Below, in pieces: positions 46,646 through 56,015 of a DNA stretch of 60,395 bases (within the stretch, counting starts at the first letter, position 1; every line of letters begins with the position of its first letter). The position numbers and the translations under genes were made by a program. This DNA comes from a virus (taxonomy: Duplodnaviria; Caudoviricetes), in IMG/VR virus record IMGVR_UViG_3300025647_000037, positions 1-60,395 of that record; one strand, 5' to 3'. The notes beneath the pieces are model-generated. The model was not told the origin of the DNA and made no database searches. It saw only the letters and a list, made by a program, of their open reading frames with translations.

Positions 46646-47387
46646 ACTCTTCTTGTTTTTGGTGGCCGTCGTAAGACAACCATGACTTGATATTCTCTAG
46701 AGCCTGATGAAACTTCATCTCACCTGAGAAGAGCGTCTCTTCAGAGCACTTGACGTCGGCAGGATAGAACGGATACGCCTTCTCCTGCACCACCCAGTAG
46801 AAGTCCTTGATGTCGAACACCTTGGTGTACACATAGGCTTGGATGTCGTAGCTGAATGAGCGCACGTCATACCTGAACTTGTCGATCGAACGTGAGGACT
46901 TAGAATCAATGATACTATCATCCTGCAGGCAGTCGAGGAATCCTTTGAGAGGAACTCCGTCGATGTCCACGTTGAACTCTACTTGGTACTTACCACCAGC
47001 AAACCTCTTGTCGTATAGACCAGACTGCTTCAGTCGCTCGATCATTTCGTGCGCCTTCTTCCAGTCCTCTTGGCTTGCCAGTTTCTTGTTCTGGTTGGCC
47101 TGCTCTTGCTCGGCCTTCCACTCCTTGTAACGCTTAGTACTGCGAGGATACTTGCCCCCGATACTAGCAACGATATCGCTATCGTCCAATACATAGTAAG
47201 TGTCATGTGCTTTCTCTGGTTCAAACAACAACATATCGTACAGGCTACCGAAGTACAGAGCCTCTGACTCCTTCTTCAGCTGACCCTTCATGTACATCTC
47301 CCACAATCGCATGTCGCCTAGCGCATACTTGAGGGATGAGTACGAGAGGTGTGGCTTACCCACTGCCTCGGTTAAGATGTCTCTCAT
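46626..47387 (-). CDS. PD-(D/E)xK exonuclease (RecE/ExoVIII, DUF3799-like)
   Basis: LSYSSLK, FGSL, KGFLDCL..IIDSKS, YDIQAYVY, VVQEK.YP. Confidence 0.8.
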   Translation of the reverse strand: MRDILTEAVGKPHLSYSSLKYALGDMRLWEMYMKGQLKKESEALYFGSLYDMLLFEPEKAHDTYYVLDDSDIVASIGGKYPRSTKRYKEWKAEQEQANQNKKLASQEDWKKAHEMIERLKQSGLYDKRFAGGKYQVEFNVDIDGVPLKGFLDCLQDDSIIDSKSSRSIDKFRYDVRSFSYDIQAYVYTKVFDIKDFYWVVQEKAYPFYPADVKCSEETLFSGEMKFHQALENIKSWLSYDGHQKQEEYAEFIV

Positions 47388-47938
47388 CGAACAAACTTCT
47401 TGAGTCCAGCAACCTGCTTCTCAGTCAGCTGGTCTCCGTACTTCTTGGTGATGGCGTCGAAAGCTTTGCGCTTATCGCTTTGACCTTTGATGTACTCGAC
47501 TGCCTTGTCCATGATATTTTCGACAGGGGCATCGAGTTTCTCTGCAAGCCGTTTAACCTGAGGGTTGTCAACGAGTGCTTGTTGCTTTGCGATTGCATCT
47601 TCGACTTCATTAGCTGACGCAATAGACGTTTCGATTCCGATTCCGAGCATCGCCAGAGCTCGTCCGACGGCAGATGTTTCGCAGTTCTCGACATAGCTAG
47701 TCTTGTTAATGTTAGAAGAGGTTCGCTCCTCGTGAGCGTGACCTTGAGCGACCACAGAACCATCTGGTGTGGTGATTGTACACCGACACAGGCATTGCTC
47801 TGAGTCAATAATTGGAAAGTCAGTGTGGATGCCCCAGTTCTTATACTGATTCTCTTGACGAAAGAACTTGATGCGCTCATTGACTTCTACGTATTGTTTG
47901 CCACGGATGTTCGTGGTCTTAAACTGATGTTTCTTCAT
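47384..47938 (-). CDS. Putative ssDNA-annealing protein (Sak/Rad52-like)
   Basis: GKQYVEVNERI..F, GHAHE, YVENCETSAVGRALAMLGIG; adjacent to exonuclease and SSB. Confidence 0.7.
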   Translation of the reverse strand: MKKHQFKTTNIRGKQYVEVNERIKFFRQENQYKNWGIHTDFPIIDSEQCLCRCTITTPDGSVVAQGHAHEERTSSNINKTSYVENCETSAVGRALAMLGIGIETSIASANEVEDAIAKQQALVDNPQVKRLAEKLDAPVENIMDKAVEYIKGQSDKRKAFDAITKKYGDQLTEKQVAGLKKFVR

Positions 47939-48425
47939 GAATGTTTTTTTGAATTTGATTCTTTCTATTGTTTAGCATGTCTATGTGTCTGTCGATGAAT
48001 CGGATCTGCATCTCCTTGCTCTTGATCCAACCTTCCACGTTCAGCTTGATGGCAATGTCCTCCATCAGAGGCCACAACTTCATGAATCCAATGCCAGGTT
48101 CAGAGATTGCAACCTTCTTGCCTCGAATCATGTCGTCAGCAGATCTCATGTGATAGCCAGCAGTGGCTCGGTCTATCTTGAAGAACTCTGCTAGGAACAA
48201 CTTCTTTCTAGGGTCTTGGTACTTGTGCAACTTACGAGCTATGAAAGCACATGTAAGCTTGACAGCACACGTCACCTCTTGAGTCCTAGTGTTTAGGTTG
48301 TCCATCACATCCCAGTCTTCAGGTAGTCTGTAGTAAGTGCGAACCAAAGCGACAGCTTCAGTACACACCTCTGTAAATTCAGACATCCATTCATCTCGGT
48401 TCTCTTCGTATGTCTTAACGGGCAT
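47919..48425 (-). CDS. Protein with DnaA C-terminal-like HTH
   Basis: LAEFFKIDRATAGYH resembles the I..F.RDHxTV.H signature. Confidence 0.45.
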   Translation of the reverse strand: MPVKTYEENRDEWMSEFTEVCTEAVALVRTYYRLPEDWDVMDNLNTRTQEVTCAVKLTCAFIARKLHKYQDPRKKLFLAEFFKIDRATAGYHMRSADDMIRGKKVAISEPGIGFMKLWPLMEDIAIKLNVEGWIKSKEMQIRFIDRHIDMLNNRKNQIQKNIHEETSV

Positions 48426-48951
48426 CGAATAGAATTTTACTTGTCTCCATCATCAACTCCTTGCTAACGTCTGGAATCTCTTTGTCCAACTTCGTGGTGT
48501 TCAAGAACTTCCCTCGAAAGTCAGCTAGGCCTTGATTGTAACCCCAAGCGTATGACGTGACAACCATGTCCTTAAGGCGTTCCTTGTGATGATTCGAGAG
48601 GTTGGTGATAAGCTTGTGATGGTCAGACACTTTCATCATTCGCTCATCGCTCATCAATGCCTTGACTGCTTGAGAGATTCTGTCCTTGATGCTTCGACCA
48701 TTCGTCAGCTTCTTGTCCTTCACATACTGACCTAGAGCTCTCACCCCTTCTTCGGTCTTGAGGAACCTTGATGTTCCACTTCGAATGGTGTAGAAGTGTC
48801 TTTCAATACCCCTGACTGGTCGATCAAGTTTCTCGCTCAACCTGATTACGTCAGGGTCGTTGATTGAAAACTTCTTCTTGTTCCGTAGCGTATGAGCTAC
48901 GCACTTGACATCATCTAGACTCCATGATGTCGCGCCCTTTGTTTTTGGCAT
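48415..48951 (-). CDS. Hypothetical basic protein, possible DNA binder
   Basis: WSLDD...LSEKLDRPVRGIE resembles Myb/HTH-like pattern. Confidence 0.55.
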   Translation of the reverse strand: MPKTKGATSWSLDDVKCVAHTLRNKKKFSINDPDVIRLSEKLDRPVRGIERHFYTIRSGTSRFLKTEEGVRALGQYVKDKKLTNGRSIKDRISQAVKALMSDERMMKVSDHHKLITNLSNHHKERLKDMVVTSYAWGYNQGLADFRGKFLNTTKLDKEIPDVSKELMMETSKILFDAR

Positions 48952-48960
48952 GATTATGAA

Positions 48961-49134
48961 TTAAGAATTAAACGTGTTACCCTTTGGTACTAGTCCGTAG
49001 TTGTCGCACAATGCGTACACATCTGACATACGCTTCCGCAGGTCTGTGCTGTTGTGGTTCTTGTAGTGATAGATGAATGCGTTGATGCATGTCAGTGCAT
49101 CCAAGCACTTCAGTTCAGATTTCTGTTTCTCCAT
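48961..49134 (-). CDS. Hypothetical early protein
   Basis: Likely ATG 49134 (MEKQKSELK). Confidence 0.45.
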   Translation of the reverse strand: MEKQKSELKCLDALTCINAFIYHYKNHNSTDLRKRMSDVYALCDNYGLVPKGNTFNS

Positions 49135-49288
49135 CCTTGAGTAGTAGTTTTTGTTTTGATACATAGTCTCTGAGCATGCAGTCAAGAACCATCTTGTTGT
49201 CATGAGATGGGTCTGACTCTAGCTTACTCTCCATCAATTCGATCCGCTTCCATAGCTTGTCGATGTGTTGCCTCAGGTCGTAGCTCAT
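49115..49288 (-). CDS. Hypothetical early protein, 57 aa, absent from ORF track
   Basis: MSYDLRQHIDKLWKRIELMESKL...; ATGA coupling to upstream gene. Confidence 0.55.
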   Translation of the reverse strand: MSYDLRQHIDKLWKRIELMESKLESDPSHDNKMVLDCMLRDYVSKQKLLLKDGETEI

Positions 49289-49827
49289 GGGCGCTCGTAT
49301 CCAATGGTGTCGAGGTAGTCGAGGAAGTCGTTGACACCTTGGCGCACCTCCTCGTCGAACTCACGCTGGTCTTTGAGTTCAATCTTCAAGTTCTCTACCT
49401 CGTCGAGTAACGACCTGTTCTCGTTCCTGAATCCTTCGATGCGTTGGCGCAACACCTGCTCGTCATCGGCCTGCCCCTGAATTATTGCTTCGAGTCCTTG
49501 AATCTCGTCTTTCTGCTGTGCCAACTCGTTGTACTTCTGGGTGTAGAACTCGACCTGCTTGTTGAGTTCAGCAACCTCACGTTCGAGGGTGGCCTCACGA
49601 TTTGTTTGTTCGACGATTTGGATATTGAGCTCGTCGTTGCGCTCTTCGAGCTCCTGCACCTGCTTGGTTAGTGCCTCTTCACGACCTGTCTGATCGGCGT
49701 ACTGCTTCTTGGCCATCTCTTGGCGGAACTCCATCGACGCGATGGCTTTCTTGGCAGAGGAGATAGCGTTCTCTGCGTAGCGGATAGCCGCTTCAAGCTC
49801 TTGCTTGGATTCTTGTGCTGATTGCAT
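49285..49827 (-). CDS. Coiled-coil protein
   Basis: Continuous Glu/Gln/Leu heptads. Confidence 0.75.
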   Translation of the reverse strand: MQSAQESKQELEAAIRYAENAISSAKKAIASMEFRQEMAKKQYADQTGREEALTKQVQELEERNDELNIQIVEQTNREATLEREVAELNKQVEFYTQKYNELAQQKDEIQGLEAIIQGQADDEQVLRQRIEGFRNENRSLLDEVENLKIELKDQREFDEEVRQGVNDFLDYLDTIGYERP

Positions 49828-49839
49828 GGTGTGGTAGGT

Positions 49840-50085
49840 TTAGAGGTTATTAAATTCTGCTGACTGCTCGAAGCCCTCATAGAAGTGGTCAGGGAAGTCG
49901 CATGGTTCTGATGTGTATTCGCAGTATGGACAGGTGATGTCATACATGTCACCAACTCTCGTCATTGTCTCGTGGATGAGGGTGCTTCCGCAGTCAGGGC
50001 AGTCAACAAGGTTGAGTCCTGCCTTCTGCATCTCGTGTTGCAGGTCAGTCTGCTTGGCGAGTAGTTCTTTCTGCTTGTCTGTCAT
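49840..50085 (-). CDS. Zinc-ribbon protein
   Basis: CPDCG...CPYC...PCDFPD; ATG 50085 after AC-rich leader. Confidence 0.7.
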   Translation of the reverse strand: MTDKQKELLAKQTDLQHEMQKAGLNLVDCPDCGSTLIHETMTRVGDMYDITCPYCEYTSEPCDFPDHFYEGFEQSAEFNNL

Positions 50086-50168
50086 GGTGGTGGTATTAAG
50101 GGGTTTGTATCTGTGTGCAATGTGGGGAGATACTTTCACTCTCGCAAGTTTTTTAACACTTTTAACAT

Positions 50169-50369
50169 TTAGTTGAATCCATCACTCATACAGATTCTGT
50201 TGTACTCCCCCATCGTAACTCTCCTGAAGGAAGACTCGTCGATGGTGAGTCTCTTTGAGTCAGCCCAACGCTCTCGCGCTTGCTTGCGAGCGGATCGGAT
50301 GTTGGTTGCCCACTCGGAGTTCCATCCCCCCTGATTCCAGTTGAAGACGTAGCAGTGTTTCTTGCTCAT
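50169..50369 (-). CDS. Hypothetical early protein
   Basis: YVFNWNQGGWNSEWA; ATGA coupling. Confidence 0.65.
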   Translation of the reverse strand: MSKKHCYVFNWNQGGWNSEWATNIRSARKQARERWADSKRLTIDESSFRRVTMGEYNRICMSDGFN

Positions 50370-50551
50370 GACTCCTCGTTTGTTCGTGCAACAGGGACTC
50401 CATCCACGTCAACCATCCAACTGCCATCGCAGTCAAAGCATTCGTAGTGGTACGTGTGCAGGGGTAGTCCGTACCCTCCGTATCCATTCTCGTGGGCTTC
50501 CATTAGCATGCCCTCTCCGCCACACTTGTGGCACGTTTCGTGTTCGTTCAT
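50366..50551 (-). CDS. Small zinc-finger protein
   Basis: CHKCGGEG...CFDCDGS. Confidence 0.65.
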   Translation of the reverse strand: MNEHETCHKCGGEGMLMEAHENGYGGYGLPLHTYHYECFDCDGSWMVDVDGVPVARTNEES

Positions 50552-53427
50552 TCCTTGATGATTTGAAATTCGTCTGAAGTGTTAGTGGCAAACTGCTTGA
50601 TGCGTGGGAGGACTCGCTCGCACTGCTTCTTCGTGCCTACGAACCAAGTGATGTACTCTGACATGGACTGGTCGCTTGTGCTGATTACTCTGTGTGTCAT
50701 TTGTCTGTGTTGAATGTTACTCGTTCGATGATGATGCTCGATGGTCGTCCATCGTTCTTCTCCCACCACTTGTATGCTTCCTCTCTCGTCTCGAAGTTGG
50801 GAGTCCCTTCGTAGATGCGTTGGTCTATCTCGTTCCATATCGTGTACGTTGTGGTGTACTCGACGCTTTCGAGAAAGTTCTGGAAGTGCTTCATGTCTCT
50901 GCTCATATCTCCATTAGGAATGCGATGTTGATACTGCCCTTGCCAAGTGGGTTGGGGATGGTTGATGCTTGGAAGAATAGCTTCTCGTCAAGCGCATCAC
51001 GCACCCAGTTCATGGCTTCGGTGTCTAGTGTTCCATCCTCTCGTGGTAGTGAGAAGATTTCCCATGCTACTGCAAGTTCGTCGAGTGTGCAGTCGAGGAA
51101 GGGGTTGGGGATGTTCATGAGTCGTAGATGAATGAGAAGTGTTCTCGAATAGCCCTGCCGTACGCAGTGTGGAATCCGTAGCTGTGTGTACCTGCCATGG
51201 GCTCGTTGGCAAGCATGAACCGAAGCAGATTCCACTCGTCGAGTTCGAATGCGTTTGCTGTCTCTTGCACTGCCTCCAGAACCATGTCTGGGTCGTGTCG
51301 CAAGGCACAACCGAGGTCAATCTCGATGTAGTTTTTGATGTCTTTACTCGTCATCGTCTGTAAATTTTGGTGAGTTCTCCATGATGTGTCGCGCCACCAT
51401 CTCTTCGATTTCAAATGCAAGGGCATCTACGTCGTTGTGGTCGAGGTCGTACTCTTCAAGCATCAGCTTGGTGAGCCTCATGTATGCGCTGTCTGCGCCA
51501 GCTCCTTCGCGGTGGTTGAAGCAGTCGCTGACGTAGCCTCGGATATCTGATTCTGTTTCGTTACTCATTGTTGTGGTGTTGTTGTGTTGTTGTAGTAAAG
51601 GTTTGAAAGGCTTGTGTACAGGTCGTCTATTTCGACGGCTACGTCGAAGTCAGGGTCGTCCTGACGCGCCATGTAGTCGTCCATGATTTCCATGAACTGC
51701 TTGCCTACGTGGGATGTGGTGTTGATGATTGCGTTACTCATTGTTTTATTTTGTTGAGAATTGAAATTCGAAATGGGCGTTCATGATGACAGCTTTGACG
51801 TGGCTGTGTACGAAGCTGTACACCTCGTCATCCAAGTCGCAGTCCGTGTCAGTGATGCCCAAGTAAGGGCGCATGATTTCATCCATCAGGATGTTCACTG
51901 CTTCGTCGATGTGTTCTATTTTTTGTGTCATGCTCATCGTGGTTGTGTTTGGTTATTGAACATGGTGTTGAGTTGCTCCATCGACAGGCTCATAGCGGGA
52001 TCGATTTGTTCCTGTGCGCGTTGCTTGAGGATGGTGGTCTTGGCGCGAGCCATTGCATCTTGGATGGACTCGCCTTCTCGGAGGATGATTGATACTGACA
52101 TTGTGTTGTGGGTTTGGGGTTATCGGTTTGTTACTGATGCTTCGTAGTGCTTGTCGACTAGTTCTCTTGCCTCATCAGTCGTCACGACCTGCACTCCTAG
52201 TTGCGTTACGTCAGCGAACCTGATGCGGATGGCAAGGTTTTTGACAACGTGTGGGCAGTGTAGTGCTAGGTAGTTCAACTTGTATAGGTAGTTGGATGGG
52301 TCTCCGCACCTGTCGTTGACCACTAGTGTTGCTCGACCAACAGGTTGAGACTCGATGTTCTTAACTACTTCTTCGAATGTCATGTGTTCTTGAGTTTGTT
52401 GATGGACAGGTTGATGAGAGAGATGTTGTAGGCTCGCTTGTACTTATTGAACGAGTCCTCGTTAGACTTATTGCGTTCCGCTAGTAATTTTTCTTGGGCG
52501 CGGAGCATACCCTGCTTGATTTCTTCGTGTGTCAATGTAGTATTTCGTTTGAGTAGTATTCGATTTCTTCGTCGTGAAGACGGAAACTCGTAGCACGTTG
52601 CAGGTCAGCGTTCCACACGCTGTCCAACCACACTCCGTGGTCGTCAGGTGCGCCTTGTACGTGGGAGGCTTCAAAGCCTTCTTTTTGCAGAGCCTTGACT
52701 GCACGTTCGCATTGTTCTTGTGTCATGATTCGATCGATTTTGTTAGTCAATTTGAAAGTCTTCTGGTGTGGTCTCGCAGTTGAGGACGAACAGGTCTGTG
52801 CCATTCCCCACTACCGAAGCGAAGGGGATGAGTTCCTCGATGTCCTCAATCATGTCGTTGATGTCATACGCGTCACCAAACTCACACAGGAGTTGGTCGG
52901 AGATGTTCCGCTCGTTGCCGAGGATGATGGCGAAGTTCACGTTGACCAAGTCGTCGGTCAGTCCTGCGATGTCAACGCAGTCGTGGATGTGCATAAGGTT
53001 GTCGATGTTCATGGTGGTATAACGTTTGTGGTTTGGGGTTATTGTGTGCGCTGTCAAATTTCTTCGTCCTCGTCCACGTCCTCCCACTCGGTGTAGTAGT
53101 AGTAGCCATCCTCGTAGGCTTCCTCTAATGATTCATAGTCCGTGTCGTTGGTGATGTGTTCGCTGAGATGCTTGAAGCCCTTGATGTACATCTCTCCATC
53201 GCAGATGCAGTAGCCTGCATTCATGCCCTTGCCTGTTATGTCACACTTCCTTGCGTACTTCATGACATGTACAGGATGTTCGATGTGTCGTAGCCGAGTT
53301 CGTCCAAGTGAGTCTCCATGTCCTCGATGGTCGATGGGTCTCGGTCAAGGTCAACGAAGGTTACTTCTCGTGTGTTGTAGTCGAGGATGGCTACTTGGTT
53401 TGGCTTCAATGGGATGGTAATGTCCAT
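50548..53427 (-). other. Tandem array of small early ORFs: 50548-50700, 50697-50906, 50903-51118, 51115-51354, 51344-51568, 51565-51741, 51746-51937, 51934-52101, 52120-52383, 52380-52535, 52532-52726, 52743-53012, 53054-53263, 53260-53427
   Basis: Nearly gap-free tiling with ATGA/TTGA overlaps; 50-90 aa, mostly acidic; several are below the ORF-track cutoff or have shorter true starts. Confidence 0.65.
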
Positions 53428-53498
53428 GAGTTCTTGGTGTTTGTGTAATTAGAACGTTGGTATTCTCGTGGTATTGTCTGGTGATGTGTTAATCGGTG

Positions 53499-53705
53499 TT
53501 AACGTTCGATGTACGTCTCGTCGTACTTGAACCCAGACTTGGTGCGCTCGATGTAGTCAATGAAGGCATCGATGTGGCGCTCGCCATTGAACATCTTGGT
53601 GACTGACCATCCGCGCTTCTTCGTTGGTGTGTCGAAGACGATGGTCGCCTTGATTGGTGAGTGCGCCTCTGCAGTCAGGGCAAATGGTATGATTGTGAAG
53701 TTCAT
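53499..53705 (-). CDS. Hypothetical early protein
   Basis: 68 aa, preceded by duplicated AC-rich leader. Confidence 0.65.
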   Translation of the reverse strand: MNFTIIPFALTAEAHSPIKATIVFDTPTKKRGWSVTKMFNGERHIDAFIDYIERTKSGFKYDETYIER

Positions 53706-53729
53706 GTGTGTATGGTTTTGAATGGTTTG
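53705..53729 (-). repeat. 25-bp leader repeat (second copy 54063-54087, one mismatch)
   Basis: - strand CAAACCATTCAAA(A/C)CCATACACACA abutting both start codons. Confidence 0.85.
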
Positions 53730-53765
53730 TAGGGGAGGACAGCGTGTCCATCCTCCCCGATGGTT

Positions 53766-54062
53766 TCAGAATCGTGGCTCTCGACCTTCGATGTGTGCCT
53801 TGATGTCCTCTTCGAGCATTCGCAAGCCCATCAGGACTCTTTTCTTGTCTCCTTTCAGTCCGAAGAACTTCTTGACGTCACTCACTCGGTAGTTGCGTGA
53901 AGGCTTGATGCCATTGCACATCAGACGCATCATGGAGATGTGTGTGGTCAACAGCAACAAGGCTCGGTTGACGTCTCCTCCTCCTTCGCTGTGTCCAACG
54001 TACGTGGTGGCTCCTGATTCGAGCAACTCGTAGAAGGGTGCTGTGTGGTCGAACGTAATCAT
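53766..54062 (-). CDS. First early gene, hypothetical
   Basis: True start likely ATG 54062 (MITFDHTAPF); GIKPSRNYRVSDVKKFFGLKG. Confidence 0.7.
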   Translation of the reverse strand: MITFDHTAPFYELLESGATTYVGHSEGGGDVNRALLLLTTHISMMRLMCNGIKPSRNYRVSDVKKFFGLKGDKKRVLMGLRMLEEDIKAHIEGREPRF

Positions 54063-54102
54063 TGTGTGTATGGGTTTGAATGGTTTGATGAATGATTCGA
54101 TG

Positions 54103-54159
54103 CAAACATCCGACAGGGAACAAATACGAGTCAAGTTTTTCTGTGTTAACGAAAGTGAA
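54103..54159 (-). promoter_or_regulatory. Putative early promoter: TTCAC-TTTC-GTTAA, 10 nt, CTTG, 21 nt, GATGTTTG
   Basis: Degenerate version of the 37399 architecture, upstream of the early operon. Confidence 0.5.
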
Positions 54160-54634
54160 ACCCAACAAGGACGCGGGATGCAGAGCCAAAAAAAAAGTTC
54201 CCATCCCATCCACAAGACGACAGCCTAAACCCCATCAGATTGATAGGTAATCGATGTGGTGCGCATATACCCATCGGCGTAGTAGGATTTGTATCGTAAG
54301 TTGGGGAGGGTTTGTTAATGCTCTGACTATGTGTGGGGAAAGTACGTCTCTGTTGCAGTCTTTGTACAAGTAACCCTAGCTTATGCCCTGTCAATCAAGC
54401 AGTTAGCAAAAACGTCAAATGTTTGGCGCGATTGCCAACATAATGCATGGGAGGGGGGTGCAGGATTCCGTTTCGGGTTGCGTATGCTCACGTCTATGTA
54501 GCACGATTATCCCCACCCTATACATTTCTGATCGCTTTTTTCAGATCCGCTGGTTCAGGTTTACTTTAGTGCGCATCTTTTAACTAGCTGGTTTACAGAC
54601 AGGTGAAGCTTGTTAATTGAATTGTAACTCCACT

Positions 54635-54666
54635 ATTGACTTTTGAGATTTTTGTTTATACCTTCG
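54635..54666 (+). promoter_or_regulatory. Putative rightward promoter ATTG-N20-TACCTTCG
   Basis: Near-consensus boxes with correct spacing in AT-rich intergenic DNA. Confidence 0.45.
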
Positions 54667-54755
54667 CAATCATCAGACAGATCAGATGGGAAACATCCCA
54701 GATAGTTTGTGTGTGAACACACGAATCTGTTAGATGTTTATGTCAGAGGATAGCT

Positions 54756-54881
54756 ATGTCCAAGAAGAAGCACAACAAGAAGGTGTCCGACAAGATCAGG
54801 CTGTTGGTCAGGGAGGGTAAGCCCCTCAAGCAAGCCGTAGCCATAGCGCTGTCTATGCACGGGAAGGGTAATCGCAAGTAG
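54756..54881 (+). CDS. Small basic protein, 41 aa, absent from ORF track
   Basis: MSKKKHNKKVSDKIRLLVREGKPLKQAVAIALSMHGKGNRK; EG.P.KQAVAIALS is a recognisable phage motif. Confidence 0.8.
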   Translation: MSKKKHNKKVSDKIRLLVREGKPLKQAVAIALSMHGKGNRK

Positions 54882-54883
54882 AT

Positions 54884-54891
54884 TATCTTTG
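54884..54891 (+). promoter_or_regulatory. -7 box TATCTTTG, 5 nt before ATG 54897
   Basis: Exact consensus. Confidence 0.7.
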
Positions 54892-54896
54892 CTGTC

Positions 54897-56015
54897 ATGC
54901 GAATCAGGAAGTATCAAGGCAGCGGATCCGTGAAGGAGCAGATCGATGATATGATCATGGCTCAGTCTGGTAGGGATATGCCCCTCATCAGGAGGTTGAA
55001 CCTCGGTGACAACGTTTACTCCGCCCTGCTATCTGACTTCGAAGCAAACCCAGAGAGGAGAGAGACGCTCGTGGACCTAGGGTTATCTCTCGCCCCGAAG
55101 GATGGGGAGAGTGCAGACATCATGGGTAACAGGGGCAAGATCAAGGACAGCCTTCAGTACCTAGTTGACAAGGGTGTTAACATCTCGGACATCCTAGATC
55201 AGTCTGTCGATTTTCTCGCCGAAAGAGATGACCTAAGCTGGGCTCAGAAGAAGCTCAAGAGAGCAGCCATGGGTGCTGGTGTCACAGCGCTTGGGTTCAG
55301 AGACGGTGGTGTGTTCAAGGTTCTGAAGGGAGGGGTGTCTATGCAGGGGTACAAGAACGACTCCCCAGACAGGGACAACGACTTCAACATCATCCCATCT
55401 AACAGCATCACGATGGAGGACGTGGATCACGACGTTCTGGGTGTCAGCGACGACGGTGATGTCAAGCACATGAAGCCTGGTAGGACGTATAGGTTCAGCG
55501 GCAAGTCAGTGCTCGAAGTCCCCATGTACCAGGGTAGTGGTGAGGTAGACCCGATGAGGCTTGTGAAGGCCATCGCTGGTGTAGAGTCAGGCATGAACTA
55601 CAGAGCTCAGAACCCCACATCATCAGCCGTGGGTGCTCACCAGTTCCTCTGGAATCAGCTGAAGGACGACCCCATGCTCAAGGGTGTGACCAAGGAGGAG
55701 TACCTCATGGATGAGGATCTTCAGGACAGGGTGATGCTCAAGGCTCTGACGGAGTCCGTAGCTGGCGGCAACCCTTACGAGCAAGACGTCAAGGCCCTTA
55801 GGGAGGAGTACTCACCACAGATACCTGGATTCAATGACATGTTTTCTGACCTAGATCTCTATCTCCTCAGACACCTGAAGGGTCGGCAAGGCGGTAGAGA
55901 GTATCTTGGGTACACAGTTAGAGACAAACAGCCTGAGAATCTGAAGGGATTGAACATGCCCTTCCCTAAGTATCTAGAGAAGTTCTACGGGTATTACAAC
56001 AAAGAAGAAGACTGA
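54897..56015 (+). CDS. Multidomain virion protein with C-terminal lysozyme/SLT-like domain
   Basis: AIAGVESGMNYRAQNPTSSAVGAHQFL; central GYKNDSPD...NIIPS..ITM...MKPG..Y.F.G..V.E.P domain. Confidence 0.7.
   Translation: MRIRKYQGSGSVKEQIDDMIMAQSGRDMPLIRRLNLGDNVYSALLSDFEANPERRETLVDLGLSLAPKDGESADIMGNRGKIKDSLQYLVDKGVNISDILDQSVDFLAERDDLSWAQKKLKRAAMGAGVTALGFRDGGVFKVLKGGVSMQGYKNDSPDRDNDFNIIPSNSITMEDVDHDVLGVSDDGDVKHMKPGRTYRFSGKSVLEVPMYQGSGEVDPMRLVKAIAGVESGMNYRAQNPTSSAVGAHQFLWNQLKDDPMLKGVTKEEYLMDEDLQDRVMLKALTESVAGGNPYEQDVKALREEYSPQIPGFNDMFSDLDLYLLRHLKGRQGGREYLGYTVRDKQPENLKGLNMPFPKYLEKFYGYYNKEED

Noticed and set aside
54146-54394. 82-aa ORF and N-terminal extension of the 53766-54215 ORF
   Set aside because: Overlap the early promoter region; the leader repeat marks 54062 as the real start
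54671-54736. Hammerhead ribozyme
   Set aside because: Three-way junction lacks the CUGAnGA core and a correctly placed GAAA
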